Source of the DNA: Streptacidiphilus albus JL83
GTDB taxonomy: Bacteria > Actinomycetota > Actinomycetes > Streptomycetales > Streptomycetaceae
Direction: 5' to 3'
DNA: 32,000 bases
NCBI RefSeq assembly: GCF_000744705.1
Contig: NZ_JQML01000001.1
Span: 2,768,017-2,800,016 of the forward strand
How positions within the stretch are numbered: position 1 is the first letter of the stretch; each line of letters begins with the position of its first letter. Below, one piece after another: positions 1 through 7,500 of this stretch. The position numbers were made by a program, and so were the translations under genes. The notes under the pieces are model-generated. The model was not told the DNA's origin. It ran no database searches and saw only the letters and a program-made list of their open reading frames with translations.

Positions 1-1033
1 AACGGGCGGACCAGGGAGACGACGGCACGGCCGCATCGGCCAGCACGGCCGCTGCGGCGTCGTCCACGCCCAGCAGCCGGGTGCGCAGCACGGCGGCCCG
101 GACAGCGGGGTCGGGCTCGTCCACCAGCGCGGGGCCGGCGGCGTTCCAGGCCCGGGCGAAGGCTGCGGCGCGGACCCCGAACATGCCCTCGCGGGCCTCC
201 AGGGCGGCGGCGACCGCGAGCGGCCGGGCCAGCACCCCGAGCAGCGGGTCGGCCAGCAGGGAGAGGGCGGGAGACGGCGGACCTGAATCCCCCGCCCTGG
301 CTATCGCCGTCCAGATCTCCGAGAGCAGGTCCTCCCCGGCCGAACGCAGGTCGAGGCGGCCGTCCGGGGTCATCGGCACCCTGGCGAGCAGGTCCACCAC
401 GCCGGCCGGCTCGGGCCGACCGGTCGGCCCGAGCGCCAGGCCCGGGCAGGGGTACGCGCCCGCGTCGGCCCCGCGCTTGGCGCACCAGGCGGCGAAGCGC
501 TGCCGGTCGGTCCACTGCGGGTCGTCCAGGTCGAGGACGGCCGCAGCCGCCGGGTCACCGAGCACGCGGGCCGCCGGACCGCCGGCGCCCGCCTCCACGA
601 TCAGCCTGACCTGCGGCAACTCCAGCATCGGCAGCAGCAGTCGAGTGATCAGTCGTTCGGGGTCGACCGCCCGGTCCAGCTCGGGCACGCAGACCACGGT
701 GCGCCGGTCGTCGGCGGCGAGCGCGGCGATCAACTCCTCGGGATCATGGGCGAGCAGACCGAGTTGCTGCGCCAGCGACCAGGCCGCGCCGCGTACGCCC
801 ACACCGTCGGCGGGCAGGACCGCGTGCACCCGCTGCTCGACCGGCGTCCCCGGGGTCGTGCAGGCCAGGAACAACCAGGCCAGCAGGTGCGATTTGCCCG
901 CCCCCGGCGCCCCGGCGACCCGGCAGAGCCGCGGTGCCGACGGGTCGTCCAACCATCCGAGCAGGGCCAGCCCCGCCGACCGCCGCCCCGCCCCGAGCGG
1001 CGGAATCCGTCGCCCCTCCACGACCGTGCCCAC
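1..1033 (-). CDS. P-loop NTPase, NACHT/STAND-like, N-terminal part (gene runs off the left edge)
   Basis: Absent from the supplied ORF track because no stop codon is reached. Hand translation of the minus strand from GTG at 1033 gives VGTVVEGRRIPPLGAGRRSAGLALLGWLDDPSAPRLCRVAGAPGAGKSHLLAWLFLACTTPG. It has a Walker A motif (GAPGAGKS) and a Walker-B-like TVVCVPELD about 60 aa later. The frame stays open for 344 codons down to position 1 and has GC-rich third positions. Confidence 0.6.
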   Translation of the reverse strand, partial: MGTVVEGRRIPPLGAGRRSAGLALLGWLDDPSAPRLCRVAGAPGAGKSHLLAWLFLACTTPGTPVEQRVHAVLPADGVGVRGAAWSLAQQLGLLAHDPEELIAALAADDRRTVVCVPELDRAVDPERLITRLLLPMLELPQVRLIVEAGAGGPAARVLGDPAAAAVLDLDDPQWTDRQRFAAWCAKRGADAGAYPCPGLALGPTGRPEPAGVVDLLARVPMTPDGRLDLRSAGEDLLSEIWTAIARAGDSGPPSPALSLLADPLLGVLARPLAVAAALEAREGMFGVRAAAFARAWNAAGPALVDEPDPAVRAAVLRTRLLGVDDAAAAVLADAAVPSSPWSAR

Positions 1034-1054
1034 GGTCCCTCCCGTTCGTCCCGG

Positions 1055-1162
1055 ACTTCCCGGCCCTGCGATTCCCAGCCCTGCGCTGCCAGCTTTGCGA
1101 TTCCCGGCCCTGCACTTCCCGGCCCTGCGATTCCCGGCCCTGCGCTGTCGGCTCTGTCCTGC
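1055..1162. repeat. Intergenic tandem repeat array, 13-mer core TTCCC(G/A)GCCCTGC
   Basis: The core occurs at 1057, 1072, 1101, 1116 and 1131, at spacings of 15, 29, 15 and 15 nt. It is organised as two higher-order units of about 50-59 nt (1055-1113 and 1114-1162). It fills the 143-nt gap between the stop at 1177 and the GTG at 1033. Confidence 0.85.
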
Positions 1163-1176
1163 TACCGCGCGCGGTA

Positions 1177-2052
1177 CTACTGCCGGTCGCGCAACTCTGC
1201 CACGCTGCGCATCAGCTCCTTCACGCCCGCCTCGCGCGAGGCGGCGGTTTCGCCGTAGTCGAAGCTGTGGGTGAACGCGGCGTTCGGAAACGTCCGGGCC
1301 ATCCACAGCGAGCAGTAGTGGCCCGGCATCATGCACGCCTCCAACTCGCAGTAGACCCGGGTGACCTGCTCCGCCCGGACGCCCTCGGCCCGCAGCCGGT
1401 ACCAGGCCAGCTCCTCGGGGTGCGGCAGGCCGATGCTCCCGATCGCGGTCGCGATCTGCTTCTCACCCCGACTGTCGAGGTACTCGAACGCCGCCGAGGA
1501 GTCGGTGTTGAGCGGCCTGCGCAGATCGTCCAGCACCCGGGGCCACCAGCTCTCCCGGTACTCGAACGCGGCGGCGTCCAGCGCGATCAGCGCCTGCCGC
1601 AGCTGCTGGTAGCCAGCCAGCGCCCCGGGGCGGTCCTCGGCGTCGCTCAGCGCCGGCAGCTGACGGTCCAGCAGCAGCAGGCCTTCGACGAAGGCCGCGA
1701 CGCTGCTGTTGACCGGCAGGTCCGGCAGCCCGGTGCCGAGCAGGGCCGCCCGGACGGAGCCGTCGGGCGCGAGGTAGAACTCCGCGCCCCGGTCGGTGCC
1801 GAGCCGCAGCTGACCGGCCATCGGCCCGGCCTCCTGGCCCTGCTGCTCCGCGTACTGCCCCAGCGCGAGCGGCTCAGCCGGACCTGCGGCGCTGAAGTAC
1901 ACCCCCACCTGCACCGGCAGCCCGGGCCCGCGCAGCGGCCCCTCCGGCGCGACGGGATTGCTCCGCAGCCCCTGCGCCCCGAAGTGCGCCAGCAGCGCGG
2001 CCGTCAGCTCGTCGCTCGTCATCGGTCGAGATCCATTCTCTGCTCGGTCCAT
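1177..2052 (-). CDS. SUKH-like N-terminal domain fused to a deaminase-fold C-terminal domain
   Basis: 291-aa ORF whose start lies 3 nt after the stop of the upstream paralog. The C-terminus LPHPEELAWYRLRAEGVRAEQVTRVYCELEACMMPGHYCSLWMARTFPNAAFTHSFDY aligns by eye with the toxin segment HSERSIGKPMLGGREMNVKELYTEREPCQASPNCKRWLGRYFEKANPGLSVTHGVKYD. Shared elements are HxE, then 23-25 aa, then (P/A)C..C, W(L/M), F and TH...Y. The N-terminal half contains FYLAPDGSVRAALLG...PVNSSVAAFVEGLLLLD, which resembles the C-terminal motif of SUKH immunity domains (recalled from memory). Confidence 0.6.
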   Translation of the reverse strand: MDRAENGSRPMTSDELTAALLAHFGAQGLRSNPVAPEGPLRGPGLPVQVGVYFSAAGPAEPLALGQYAEQQGQEAGPMAGQLRLGTDRGAEFYLAPDGSVRAALLGTGLPDLPVNSSVAAFVEGLLLLDRQLPALSDAEDRPGALAGYQQLRQALIALDAAAFEYRESWWPRVLDDLRRPLNTDSSAAFEYLDSRGEKQIATAIGSIGLPHPEELAWYRLRAEGVRAEQVTRVYCELEACMMPGHYCSLWMARTFPNAAFTHSFDYGETAASREAGVKELMRSVAELRDRQ

Positions 2053-2055
2053 CGC

Positions 2056-2625
2056 TCAGTACACGGGGTAGGAGTCGAGATATCTCTCCCAGAAGCCGTC
2101 CGCATCGGCAAAGGGAGTCACATCCCAGCGGGTGATCTTCTGCCGGATCGAGTCGACGGCCTCGCACCAGTCGAGGCCGTCCGGATCCTCTTCGTCCCTC
2201 GGCCGCTCCGCCTTCAGCAGGTACAGCATGTAGGCAAAGGAAGACACGTCCTGGTGCATCTTCTCGTACTCGATGTCGCAGTCGATGTCGGAGATCCAGA
2301 CCGAACCGTCGGCGGGATCGGTGAACACCTGGTTGTCGAAGATGACCCCGATGGGCTGGAAATTACCGTGCGGCGTGTCGACGGGCAGCGCCTCAAAGGG
2401 AATCGTGGATTCCTGGAAGGCAGTCGCCGAGGCCTCCGACTCCCGCACACTGATGCCCGCCAGAATCCTGAACGGGCCCTCGCCGCAGTGGAATCCGACC
2501 GTCGCTGCGAAGCTGGCGGCGGCCGCATCGCCCCAGATCCGGGCAGCGCAGTCGGGCCTCATCCTGACCGGGCTGCCAAGCGCCTTCTCGACGACGATCA
2601 CATCCCAGTCGACCTCTACCAGCAT
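2056..2625 (-). CDS. Tandem paralog 3 of 3, putative immunity protein (family unassigned, SUKH-like features)
   Basis: 189 aa from the ATG at 2625 (MLVEVDWDV...), with GAGGGGA about 8 nt upstream. It ends in SYPVY. It shares LV.VDW, RP..A.R.W, DG..W..D...EYE..H.D.SS..Y.L.LL..ERP and I..KIT.WD..P.A...G.W with the two neighbours. The ORF-track N-terminal extension to 2760 overlaps the previous gene and was rejected. Confidence 0.7.
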   Translation of the reverse strand: MLVEVDWDVIVVEKALGSPVRMRPDCAARIWGDAAAASFAATVGFHCGEGPFRILAGISVRESEASATAFQESTIPFEALPVDTPHGNFQPIGVIFDNQVFTDPADGSVWISDIDCDIEYEKMHQDVSSFAYMLYLLKAERPRDEEDPDGLDWCEAVDSIRQKITRWDVTPFADADGFWERYLDSYPVY

Positions 2626-2645
2626 GAAGCAGTCCCCTCGGGGCC

Positions 2646-3203
2646 TCAGTACATCGGATAGGAATCGAAGAACATTCCCCAGTAGCCACGGGGATCGGCA
2701 CACGGAAGATCGTCCCACCGAGTGATCTTTTCCGAAATGATGCGGATCGACTCCTCCCATTTCTCATAGGGTGCGTATCCACCTTCGACCGGCCTCTCGC
2801 TCTCCAATAGCAGCAGCAGGTAGACCAGCGACGACAGGTCCCGATGCACCTGCTCGTATTCGACATCACTATTGGAGTCGGAGAACCAGATCGTGCCGTC
2901 GGCCGTACTTACATAGAGTGCAGTGTCGTCGGAGAGCCAGCCGAACCGAAAGAGTCGACCGACCGGAGTCTCTTCCGGTTCCGACTCCGGCGAATTCTCA
3001 TAAGAATCTGCAGGCCGCCCCGGGTTCTCTCCGGCAACACCGGACAGCAAGGAGAAGAGCCCGCCGGTCCAAGGGATCCCGAACTCCGATGCGAACCGTG
3101 CGTCATCCGGATCGGGCCAGAGCCGTACAGCAAGCTCCGGACGAAACTTCAAGAGGTGCCCGCTCGGCACCTCCACTCTCGCCCAGTCAATTTTCACCAG
3201 CAC
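2646..3203 (-). CDS. Tandem paralog 2 of 3, putative immunity protein
   Basis: 185 aa from the GTG at 3203 (VLVKIDWARVEV...). It ends in SYPMY. The start was chosen by alignment with its neighbours. The ORF-track extension to 3431 overlaps paralog 1. Confidence 0.65.
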   Translation of the reverse strand: MLVKIDWARVEVPSGHLLKFRPELAVRLWPDPDDARFASEFGIPWTGGLFSLLSGVAGENPGRPADSYENSPESEPEETPVGRLFRFGWLSDDTALYVSTADGTIWFSDSNSDVEYEQVHRDLSSLVYLLLLLESERPVEGGYAPYEKWEESIRIISEKITRWDDLPCADPRGYWGMFFDSYPMY

Positions 3204-3231
3204 ACTACCCACCCTGCCCACCAGGTCGCGA

Positions 3232-3792
3232 TCAGTACATGAGATAAGACTCGAAGAATCTGCCCCAAAAGCCCTCGGCTTCGGCACAGGGAATCTCGTC
3301 CCAATGGGTGATCTTCGCTCGGATTCTTTCCTCTGCGGCAATCCAGTCACGCGTGTGCGGATCGCTCTCCGGCAGCGGGCGCTCCGCCTCCAAAAGGTAG
3401 AGCATGTACGACAACGAGGAGAGGTCCGCATGGATCAACTCGTACTCGGTCTCCGACTCCGGGTCTTCCACCCAGATACCGCCGTCGGCCGCGTGGGCGT
3501 AGAGAGTCCCGCCGTAGAGATCACCCAACGGCATGAGCTTTCCGTGCGGGGAGTCATGGGGCACGAACTCCGGCCCTACGACCGACGAGCCCCTGGGGTT
3601 GTCGGGATCTGCCACCCCCACTGCGGCGTACATCTGAAAGAGGCCTCGACAGTACGGGATCCCGAAATGCTCTGCGAACTGCGCGTCGTCCGGGTCGGCC
3701 CAGATCCGTGCAGCCACCTCCGGCCGAACCTTCAGGAGATGCCCACGCGGGATACCCGCCGCCACTGACGGCCAGTCCACCTTCACCAGCAC
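3232..3792 (-). CDS. Tandem paralog 1 of 3, putative cognate immunity protein of the deaminase toxin
   Basis: 186 aa from the GTG at 3792 (MLVKVDWPSV...), with GAGAGGAAG upstream. It ends in SYLMY. It is the first gene after the toxin stop, with an 89-nt gap. Sampled GC is about 55%. Confidence 0.7.
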   Translation of the reverse strand: MLVKVDWPSVAAGIPRGHLLKVRPEVAARIWADPDDAQFAEHFGIPYCRGLFQMYAAVGVADPDNPRGSSVVGPEFVPHDSPHGKLMPLGDLYGGTLYAHAADGGIWVEDPESETEYELIHADLSSLSYMLYLLEAERPLPESDPHTRDWIAAEERIRAKITHWDEIPCAEAEGFWGRFFESYLMY

Positions 3793-3881
3793 CGTTCCGC
3801 TTCCTCTCAGTCGTGCGACCGAACCCTGCTGGGTCCAGAAATCCCTGCTCAGCGCGCCCCGTCGGCGGGTCCGAAGCCAGA

Positions 3882-4736
3882 CTAGTCGAAAGCGCCATTG
3901 CCCATGGTGGGCGGGCGACCGGGGAGGCCGTGGTTGTCACGCAATGCGGCAATGTAGGCCTCGTGCCCGGCATTGCGTTCCTCCTTCCCCAGTGCAGCAT
4001 CGTACTTAACCCCATGAGTGACACTGAGACCCGGATTCGCCTTCTCGAAATAGCGCCCGAGCCATCGCTTGCAGTTGGGCGACGCCTGACAGGGCTCCCG
4101 TTCGGTGTAGAGTTCCTTTACATTCATCTCCCGGCCACCCAGCATCGGTTTCCCGATCGACCTCTCCGAGTGGTTCCGTGCGTAGGAGCTCTTTCCGACC
4201 AGGATAAATTCGTTTCCGTCGTCGTCGTGATACTTCAGCGCCGCATAGTTGCCACCGGAGTAGTCCCCCCGGGCGAATCTGGCATCCTCCACCGCTTTGG
4301 ACAGGTCGGTCGGCGCAGATATCTTGGTGCTCTGCACCCCGCTCTCACCGGGATTATTCTTGTCCTTGTTTCCGTGATACTTCTTCCTCATGTCCTCCGG
4401 CGAAGGGTCGACTGCCTTGTCGTCGGAGTCCAGGATGGTGCGGATGCCGGAGCTGTCGTCGGCGGTGATGGGGTGGAGTTCGCCGTCCTTGAGTGCCTGG
4501 ACCGAACCGTCGTCGTCGATGAAGTAGGTCTTGACGTTCTCGGCGTCCTTGCCGCCGGCGCGGGTCAGGTCCTTGGCGAGGCCGGCCTCGGTCTCCTCCA
4601 CGTTGCCGGCCACCTGCTCCGCGCCGTCGGCGACCGAGTGGAACGCGCGCTTCAGGGCGTTCTCGGTGTCGTGGACGGCCGGGACCAGGACCTCGTCGGT
4701 GCCGTTCTTGAGGGCGTTGGCTATCGCCTCGCTCAT
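3882..4736 (-). CDS. Polymorphic toxin with a C-terminal nucleic-acid/nucleotide deaminase-fold domain (SCP1.201/DddA-like by motif)
   Basis: 284 aa from the ATG at 4736 (MSEAIANALKNG...). There is no signal peptide. The C-terminal region reads YHDDDGNEFILVGKSSYARNHSERSIGKPMLGGREMNVKELYTEREPCQASPNCKRW, which gives HxE-x23-PCx5C. A sampled stretch in the 3' half has about 57% GC. The ORF-track extension to 5522 runs in another frame through the upstream gene and was rejected. Confidence 0.75.
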   Translation of the reverse strand: MSEAIANALKNGTDEVLVPAVHDTENALKRAFHSVADGAEQVAGNVEETEAGLAKDLTRAGGKDAENVKTYFIDDDGSVQALKDGELHPITADDSSGIRTILDSDDKAVDPSPEDMRKKYHGNKDKNNPGESGVQSTKISAPTDLSKAVEDARFARGDYSGGNYAALKYHDDDGNEFILVGKSSYARNHSERSIGKPMLGGREMNVKELYTEREPCQASPNCKRWLGRYFEKANPGLSVTHGVKYDAALGKEERNAGHEAYIAALRDNHGLPGRPPTMGNGAFD

Positions 4737-5446
4737 GTGTAGGTCACTCCCGCGAGCCGGCTGCTCAGCAGGGCGGCGTGACTGGACACCGTCTCGGCGT
4801 GGCCGCGCATCGTGGCGGCGTGGCCGCGCAGCTTCTCCGGGTGGACCGCGTAGCCGGGCCCCGTGCTGACGCCCAGCGCCCCTGCTGCGGCGTTGAAGAC
4901 GAAGCCCTCGATCGCCCGCTCGATCACCGGGCCCAGGGCCTTGAAGCCCGCCTCCACCACCTCGGAGATGATGTACTGCACCAACTGCTGTTCCAGGAAG
5001 TCCATCGCCTGCTCGGCGAGTTCGTCGGTGGCCACCGCGGCCGCCTCCGACGCACCGAAGGTGACCACCGCGGCCGCCTGCTCGGCGACGAACGCCGCTG
5101 CCAGGCCGACCAGTTCGGCGATGGCCGAGACCTTCATCGCGACTATGTAGTCGGCCGCGGCGTTCAGCGCGGTCACCACGTTGCGGCAGGCGTCCAGCAG
5201 TTCGGTCATGTGGGTGGCGGACATGTCCGCCCAGCGCTGGACCAGCTGCTGGTAGGAGTCGGCCTGGTAGGCGTCCCCCATCGCGCCGATGGTGTCGGTG
5301 GCGTCCTGGTGGGTGCTCTCGATGCTGTCCGCGAACTCCGCCACGAAGCCGGCCACCTCGCGCACCGTGTCCTCGTTGATCGACGGCCAGTTCACGCCGA
5401 TGAACTGAAGGAACTGCACCACCTCCGACGGCGGATCGAGCGCCAT
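4733..5446 (-). CDS. WXG100-like / CpnT-N-terminal-domain-like protein (putative toxin carrier or adaptor)
   Basis: 237 aa from the ATG at 5446, with GGGGGTGGGGG just upstream. It starts MALDPPSEVVQFLQFIGVNWPSINEDTVREVAGFVAEFADSI, followed by Ala-rich helical sequence. Its TGA stop overlaps the ATG of the toxin (ATGA at 4733-4736). Confidence 0.7.
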   Translation of the reverse strand: MALDPPSEVVQFLQFIGVNWPSINEDTVREVAGFVAEFADSIESTHQDATDTIGAMGDAYQADSYQQLVQRWADMSATHMTELLDACRNVVTALNAAADYIVAMKVSAIAELVGLAAAFVAEQAAAVVTFGASEAAAVATDELAEQAMDFLEQQLVQYIISEVVEAGFKALGPVIERAIEGFVFNAAAGALGVSTGPGYAVHPEKLRGHAATMRGHAETVSSHAALLSSRLAGVTYT

Positions 5447-5589
5447 CCCCCACCCCCCGACCGACACCTGAGTTCGATACTCGATCGAGCAGGCTGCCAC
5501 GGGGGTGGGATACAGTCAACATCGGTAAAGGAGAGGCAAATTGTTGCCTCCGACAGGTCGTGGACGCGGGTTTCTACAGGGGTGGGCAC

Positions 5590-5994
5590 ATGGAACTGGT
5601 GCAGGTGCGACTGGTTGTGACGGACTTCACCGCATGCTTCCGGTTCTACCGGGACGTGCTCGGACTGAAGCCGCAGGTGGACGACGAAGCCGGCCCCTAC
5701 GGGAAGTTCAGCCTCCCCGAGGGCAACGCCGCCATCGCGATCCAGCAGCGCGAGCACCTGGTGCAGAGCACCCCGTGGCTGCGCGGGGCCCCCGACGGCC
5801 GGGTGGACGGCCAGCTGCTGGTACTGAAGGTGGACGACGTCGACGCGGTGGTCGCCGACCTGCGCTCCCGGGGAGCGGAGTTCCTGGCGGAGCCGGAGAC
5901 CCAGTGGGAGCGGCTCCGGGTGGCGTACCTGCGGGACCCGGAGGGGAACCTGATCGAGTGGCAGCAGTGGCTGGCCCCCCGTCCCCCGCAGTAG
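5590..5994 (+). CDS. VOC family protein (glyoxalase/bleomycin-resistance/dioxygenase fold)
   Basis: 134 aa: MELVQVRLVVTDFTACFRFYRDVLGLKPQ...LRVAYLRDPEGNLIEW. This pattern is typical of VOC-family proteins. The start at 5590 was preferred over 5560. Confidence 0.8.
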   Translation: MELVQVRLVVTDFTACFRFYRDVLGLKPQVDDEAGPYGKFSLPEGNAAIAIQQREHLVQSTPWLRGAPDGRVDGQLLVLKVDDVDAVVADLRSRGAEFLAEPETQWERLRVAYLRDPEGNLIEWQQWLAPRPPQ

Positions 5995-6237
5995 GGCCCC
6001 GCAGTAGGGTCCCGCACTCACGCTCCGCACCCCGCACCCCGCACTGAGCGCTCGCCCTGAGCACTCGCACCGAGCGCTCGCCTGAGTACCCACGGAGCAC
6101 CCACGGAGCATCCGCGCCGAGCGCTGAACCCGTGCCGTGACGCTGCGGCGACCGCAGCGGCGCGACCAGGGTCGAACGCAGGTACGCTCACGCTCATCGG
6201 GCGTTCTTCGCCGCTCTCCCACCTGCGGAGTCCCACC

Positions 6238-7005
6238 GTGCCCCAGCCCCAGCGGCTCCAGCTCATCCAGCACTGCATCGTGCGAGAAATGGCCTGCCTC
6301 GGGCGTGAGTTCGTGATCGACGTGGAGGACGGCCTGGTACGTGGCCCGGGGACCACCGCCGTGACCGTGCGCGACCACGCGGACGCCACCGGCGGCCATG
6401 TCGACCTGGGCTACGTGCTGCGGCTCGGCGACGGCACCGGGCCGGTCGTCTGGGACTGCGCGGCCGGACTCGGGCGGACCGAGGAGGAGCGGCTGGAGAA
6501 CGCCGTCCGGATGTGGCGGACGACCACCGCCTCCGCCGTGGTCGAACTGCTGGAACGGCGCGGCGTCCACGGCGACCACTATCCGCCCGGAGCCCCCGGG
6601 GGAATGGCGGGCTGGCACACCGTCCAGGGGCCGGCCTGCGTCTTCGGCTTCCACAGCGGTCCGCTGGGCGACTGGGTGGCGGAGAACCAGCTGCTGTCGG
6701 CCATCGCCGACCAGATCCGACCACAACTGCGGGAACCCGCCCTCAACGGCGTCCGCTTCTTCTTCGGCGGACGCTCCGGCGACGAGGTCGCCGAGGTGCG
6801 GGTGAACGGGGAGTCGGTGCCGGACGCCTCGGCGGCGCTGCGCGGCCTCTCCTGGCCCAGGGGCGAACGGCTGTCCTGGGCCCGGTGCTTCGTGCTACTG
6901 GCCGCCGATCCCCATGCCCTGGGTGGGGTGGAGGGACAGGTACGGCGGGCAGAGCGAACTACCGGAGCGGGCGTGGGGCTGCTCCGGCGCTGGCTGTCGT
7001 CCTGA
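6238..7005 (+). CDS. Hypothetical protein
   Basis: 255-aa ORF from a GTG start with strong GC3 bias and a normal amino-acid composition, unlike the overlapping Arg/Pro/Gly-rich shadow ORFs. I do not recognise a family with confidence. Confidence 0.55.
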   Translation: MPQPQRLQLIQHCIVREMACLGREFVIDVEDGLVRGPGTTAVTVRDHADATGGHVDLGYVLRLGDGTGPVVWDCAAGLGRTEEERLENAVRMWRTTTASAVVELLERRGVHGDHYPPGAPGGMAGWHTVQGPACVFGFHSGPLGDWVAENQLLSAIADQIRPQLREPALNGVRFFFGGRSGDEVAEVRVNGESVPDASAALRGLSWPRGERLSWARCFVLLAADPHALGGVEGQVRRAERTTGAGVGLLRRWLSS

Positions 7006-7057
7006 CCTGCCGAGCGGGTGAGCGCAGCAGCGGCGACCGGTATGGAACGGCTTGCGC

Positions 7058-7282
7058 CTATTTGACGATGCCGTTGATGGTGTTCGCGACCTGGTCGATG
7101 AAGCTCTGCAGCGGGGTGGCCGCCGAGGTCTTCGCCAGGAAGAAGCCGAAGAGGATGGCAAGTATCGTGTAGCCGAGTCTCATGCTCTTGTTCCTGACGA
7201 ACACGATCAGGAGAATGCCCAGCAGGACGACGGCGGAGACTGAGAAGGTTGTCACTCGGGTCCACTTCCTCGTTTGGGGCAC
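7058..7282 (-). CDS. Small membrane protein, two predicted TM helices
   Basis: 74 aa; the hydrophobic segments are FSVSAVVLLGILLIVFV and LGYTILAILFGFFLA. The alternative GTG start at 7255 has AGGAAG upstream and would give 65 aa. The region has lower GC than its surroundings. Confidence 0.5.
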   Translation of the reverse strand: MPQTRKWTRVTTFSVSAVVLLGILLIVFVRNKSMRLGYTILAILFGFFLAKTSAATPLQSFIDQVANTINGIVK

Positions 7283-7500
7283 GCTGGGTTACGGGCCCAC
7301 CCGGCAGGCCGGTTCACTGTGCCGTCGTCCGGCACTGCGCCCTCCTCCCCCTCGCCCGACCCTCAGTGTCTCCGGAGCGGGACGCTCCGTAAAGCACTTC
7401 CGGGGCACAGGTGCCCAACGTGATCCAATTCGGCCGAGTTTGGCCGAACTTACATGTGAAGATCTCGGGTTGAATGCTACAAGTGCAGGGCAGGCCTGGG

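Noticed and set aside
1055-1162. Possibility that the tandem repeat is a CRISPR array.
   Set aside because: The units are only 15 nt long and abut each other without unique spacers. No cas genes are present in the window.
81-2661. Plus-strand ORFs at 81-1274 (397 aa) and 934-2661 (575 aa).
   Set aside because: They are Ser/Arg/Pro/Ala-rich shadows. Part of their apparent repeat structure is just the tandem DNA repeat at 1055-1162. The minus strand encodes a Walker A/B NTPase and the deaminase fusion.
4733-4736. Possibility that the carrier and the deaminase toxin are a single gene split by a frameshift or sequencing error.
   Set aside because: The same ATGA junction, the same MSEAIA start and an identical 19-mer recur at the Rhs gene. 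This argues for a genuine, conserved gene start. Resequencing would settle the question.
3882-5522. Long N-terminal extensions proposed by the ORF track. They are 3882-5522, 17202-21200, 7501-9255, 11898-15026, 2056-2760, 2646-3431, 10021-10551, 11486-12211, 23103-24566 and 26074-26478.
   Set aside because: The extensions overlap neighbouring real genes or are Arg/Pro-rich. Internal starts with Shine-Dalgarno-like purine runs and family-typical N-termini fit better.
5995-6237. Cluster of short direct repeats downstream of the VOC gene (CCCGCAGTAGGG x2, GCACCCC x2, GAGCGCTCGCC x2, CCCACGGAGCA x2) plus the small hairpin GCTGCGG-cgac-CCGCAGC.
   Set aside because: These are real in the sequence, but short, heterogeneous and without an obvious pattern. 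They are most simply explained as low-complexity intergenic sequence with a weak terminator, which is not enough for a functional claim.
5392-6726. A 444-aa minus-strand ORF overlapping the VOC gene and the 6238-7005 gene.
   Set aside because: It runs antisense to a clearly recognisable VOC-family gene and across an intergenic region rich in short repeats. It has shadow-ORF composition.
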